Below are positions 7,421 to 9,599 of a DNA stretch of 9,599 nt, one piece after another (position 1 is the stretch's first letter; every line of letters starts with the position of its first letter). The translations under genes were made by a program, and so were the position numbers. Source of the stretch: a virus (taxonomy: Duplodnaviria > Heunggongvirae > Uroviricota > Caudoviricetes); IMG/VR virus record IMGVR_UViG_2541047169_000010; one strand, written 5' to 3'. Under the pieces are notes generated by a model, which had not been told where the DNA came from, searched no databases, and saw nothing but the letters and a program-made list of their open reading frames with translations.

Positions 7421-7441
7421 CTGCCCGAAAGGGCTTTTTTT
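7421..7441 (+). terminator. putative rho-independent terminator or attenuator immediately after the capsid gene
   Basis: GCCC (7423-7426) GAAA (7427-7430) GGGC (7431-7434) stem-loop with a GNRA-type tetraloop, followed directly by a T7 tract (7435-7441). Located 21 nt after the capsid stop codon. The stem is short (4 bp), so termination is probably partial. Confidence 0.55.
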
Positions 7442-7487
7442 ATGCCTGAAAAACAGCCCCACAGGGGCTGTCCGGAGAAACAGCATT

Positions 7488-7814
7488 ATGGCGAAAAATT
7501 TTGTACAGGACGGTACCACCATTGAACTGGTGAATGCCGGAGATCAGACCATCCTGAGCGGTGCTGCGGTGGTGGTCGGCAGTATGGTGGCCGTGGCCAT
7601 TACCGATATTCCTGCCGGTGAGGCCGGTGACGGTTTTGCCGAAGGCGTGTTCCTGCTGCCCAAACAGTCTGCTGACGACATTCAGTCCGGCGCGGTGGTT
7701 TATCTGAAGGACGGGGTTGTGCAGCTGGCTGCAGACGGTGCGGTGGCAGCGGGGGTAGCCTGGGAAAATGCCCCTGCAAACAGCGCCACTGTGGCGGTAA
7801 AAATCAATGTCTGA
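7488..7814 (+). CDS. small head-associated protein, possibly capsid decoration/cement protein (DUF2190-like); function not established
   Basis: 108 aa ORF; GGAG at 7474-7477 upstream of ATG 7488. Product is Gly/Ala/Val-rich and predicted beta-rich (MAKNFVQDGTTIEL...VVYLKDGVVQLAADGAV...). Position directly after the major capsid gene and before the head-tail joining gene. Family assigned from memory of similar ~110 aa proteins next to capsid genes. Confidence 0.65.
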   Translation: MAKNFVQDGTTIELVNAGDQTILSGAAVVVGSMVAVAITDIPAGEAGDGFAEGVFLLPKQSADDIQSGAVVYLKDGVVQLAADGAVAAGVAWENAPANSATVAVKINV

Positions 7815-8088
7815 TCTGTTTACGCGAATGTGTTGCCGGATGGACGTGGCGACCGTTCGGGTGATGGGCAAACAGGCGGAGATTAACGGCGTCGTGTACG
7901 ACGTGATGCCGGAGGAAGAGTCCGCGGAGATGGGGGCGCTTTCGGGCAGCCAGTTGTCACTGGTGGTGTTTTCAGCCCGGTACCGTCCGGCCCGTCATGA
8001 TGTTGTTGTGTTTGCGGGGCGCACACTGACGGTGACCCGTTATGACACGTACAACGGTAAACCCCGGATTTTTGTCGAACAGGAATGA
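7807..8088 (+). CDS. gpFII-like head-tail joining protein (family often mis-annotated as 'ATP-binding sugar transporter-like' in Gifsy prophages)
   Basis: 93 aa ORF whose start overlaps the upstream stop (ATG 7807 within ...AATGTCTGA 7812-7814). Pattern GVVYDVMPEEE...LSLVVFSARYRPARHDVVVFAGRTLTVTRYD parallels lambda FII (GAVIRGVFDDPE...SLFVRTDEV...RGDTLTIGEENFWVDRV) as recalled. Gene order matches. Confidence 0.72.
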   Translation: MSDLFTRMCCRMDVATVRVMGKQAEINGVVYDVMPEEESAEMGALSGSQLSLVVFSARYRPARHDVVVFAGRTLTVTRYDTYNGKPRIFVEQE

Positions 8089-8090
8089 GT

Positions 8091-8714
8091 ATGGCAATAA
8101 AAGGTCTGGCGCAGGCCATGAAAAATCTGGATGCAATTGATCGCCGTGCCGTTCCCCGGGCCTCTGCCACGACACTGAACCGAGTGGCGGGGGCCATTAT
8201 TGCGAAAACGGCCTCTTCAGTTGCCAGGGAGCTGGCCGTTCCCCGTCGTCTTATCCGTGCCCGCATCCGGTTAAGTCCGGCACGACCGGATAAGGTTTAC
8301 GCAAAGGTTTACATCAATACCGGCAACCTGCCCGCCATCAAACTGGGGGAGGCCCGCGTTCGACTTTCCCGCAGAAAACGGAGAAAGAAAGGACAGCGTG
8401 CGGCCCTGAAAGGGGGCGGCAGTGTGCTGATTGTGGGGAAAAGACGGATCCCGGACGCCTTTATCACCCGGCTGGCTAACGGACGCTGGCATGTGATGCA
8501 GCGTATGCCGTGGGCATCATCATCCACCGGCGCGGACAGCAAAGGGAGGCCGAAACGCCACCGTCTGCCGATCGAAGTGGTGAAGATTACGACTGCCGGA
8601 CCGCTGGCAGAAACCTTTGAACGTGAACGGGACCGGATGTACCGGGAAAAATTACCGGCGCAGATGATGAAAGCCATGACGCATCAGTTACGCCTGGTGC
8701 TGAAAAGAAAATGA
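8091..8714 (+). CDS. Z: gpZ-like minor tail / tail completion protein
   Basis: AGGA at 8081-8084 lies 6 nt before ATG 8091; the track's ATG 8085 overlaps the FII-like stop (ATGA) but has no spacing to the RBS. Product MAIKGL...LPAIKLGEARVRLSRRKRRKKGQRAALKGGGSVLIVGKRRIPDAFI...NGRWHVMQR matches lambda Z closely as recalled (ARVVLSRRRRRKKGQRSSLKGGGSVLVVGNRRIPGAFI). Confidence 0.85.
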   Translation: MAIKGLAQAMKNLDAIDRRAVPRASATTLNRVAGAIIAKTASSVARELAVPRRLIRARIRLSPARPDKVYAKVYINTGNLPAIKLGEARVRLSRRKRRKKGQRAALKGGGSVLIVGKRRIPDAFITRLANGRWHVMQRMPWASSSTGADSKGRPKRHRLPIEVVKITTAGPLAETFERERDRMYREKLPAQMMKAMTHQLRLVLKRK

Positions 8715-8726
8715 CTGGGAGGGTGT

Positions 8727-9125
8727 ATGAAACACCGTGAAATACGGGCGGCAGTTCTGTCTGCCCTGAAAGAAAATATTTCTGAGAGGGTGAGCTGGTT
8801 TGACGGTCGCCCGGTTTTTATTGATGAACAGGAACTGCCTGCTGTTGCTGTTTACCTGACAGATGCGTCTGCTGCTGACGAGTTCGTTGATGAGGGAACC
8901 TGGGAGGCGACACTGCATATTGAGGTTTTTCTCAGGGCAAAAGAACCGGACTCGGCACTGGATATGTGGATGGAAGAAAAAATTCTTCCTGCGCTGGAGG
9001 CAGTTCCCGGGCTCAGTGCATTACTGCTGAAGATGAATCTTCAGGGGTATGACTACCGCCGGGATGATGAGTTTATGATGTGGGGATCGGCAGATCTCCT
9101 GTGGAAAATTACCTACGAGATGTGA
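8727..9125 (+). CDS. U: gpU-like tail terminator protein
   Basis: 132 aa; GGGAGGG at 8717-8723 upstream of ATG 8727. [14 protein letters not shown]...[23 protein letters not shown]...LHIEVFL...GYDYRRDDE...SADL...ITYEM matches lambda U (MKHTELRAAVLDAL...AVAVYLTGA...LHIEVFL...GYDYRRDDD...ITYEM) as recalled. Confidence 0.9.
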   Translation: MKHREIRAAVLSALKENISERVSWFDGRPVFIDEQELPAVAVYLTDASAADEFVDEGTWEATLHIEVFLRAKEPDSALDMWMEEKILPALEAVPGLSALLLKMNLQGYDYRRDDEFMMWGSADLLWKITYEM

Positions 9126-9132
9126 GGACGAT

Positions 9133-9599
9133 ATGGCAACACCAAATCCCCTTGAGCCGGTAAAAGGTGCCGGTACCACTCTGTGGGTTTACAACGGCAA
9201 GGGTGATGCTTATGCAAACCCGTTGTCAGACGATGACTGGCAGCGACTGGCTAAGGTGAAGGATCTGACGCCGGGCGAGATGACGGCAGAACCCTACGAT
9301 GATAACTACCTGGATGATGAAGACGCGGACTGGACCGCGACCGGGCAGGGGCAGAAGTCTGCAGGAGATACCAGTTTTACGCTGGCCTGGAAACCGGGAG
9401 AAGAAGGTCAGAAAGGGCTTATAGGCTGGTTTGAAAGCGGGGATGTGCGGGCCTATAAAATCCGTTTCCCAAATGGCACGGTGGATGTGTTCCGTGGCTG
9501 GGTCAGCAGTATCGGTAAGGCCGTGACGGCGAAAGAAGTGATCACCCGCACGGTGAAAGTCACTAACGTGGGCAAACCTTCTGTAGCGGAAGAACGCAG
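9133..9599 (+). CDS. V: gpV-like major tail (tail tube) protein; partial, runs off the 3' end of the window
   Basis: GAGGA at 9124-9128 upstream of ATG 9133; open to the window edge (155 codons). ...[78 protein letters not shown]...[42 protein letters not shown] is near-identical in long stretches to lambda V as recalled. Not in the ORF track because no stop codon lies within the window. Confidence 0.9.
   Translation, partial: MATPNPLEPVKGAGTTLWVYNGKGDAYANPLSDDDWQRLAKVKDLTPGEMTAEPYDDNYLDDEDADWTATGQGQKSAGDTSFTLAWKPGEEGQKGLIGWFESGDVRAYKIRFPNGTVDVFRGWVSSIGKAVTAKEVITRTVKVTNVGKPSVAEER

Noticed and set aside
6741-7421. 226-aa ORF on the minus strand inside the capsid-encoding part of the fusion gene
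   Set aside because: Antisense shadow of the capsid domain. His/Arg/Cys-rich translation with no recognisable domain.
1-9599. Defence, toxin-antitoxin or other novel multi-gene system, and IS or integrase elements
   Set aside because: Every sizeable ORF is accounted for by the canonical lysis, packaging, head or tail functions in conserved order. The only unassigned coding capacity is the 74-aa orphan ORF, reported as a finding, not as a system.

Overview
This window reads as the late (lysis-to-tail) region of a lambda/Gifsy-like temperate phage or prophage from an enterobacterial host, with every supported gene on the + strand. In order: the last ~22 codons of a probable endolysin; the Rz/Rz1 spanin pair, with Rz1 nested in the +1 frame of Rz; a small orphan ORF; a ~460 bp non-coding stretch holding a Fur-box-like palindrome and a probable cos site (GC-rich cosN-like core, then an AT-rich cosB-like region); then a tightly packed head-and-tail operon: Nu1-like small terminase, GpA-family large terminase, gpW-like protein, portal, a single-ORF ClpP-like protease/scaffold/major-capsid fusion, a small Gly/Ala/Val-rich head protein, an FII-like head-tail joining protein, gpZ-like, gpU-like and the 5' part of a gpV-like major tail protein. 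I see no rRNA, tRNA, CRISPR array, IS element or integrase, and no convincing defence or toxin system. The features most worth follow-up are the protease-capsid fusion, the variant cos core, the Fur-box-like palindrome and the orphan ORF. All family assignments rest on motif recognition, recalled lambda protein sequences and gene order; no database search was run.
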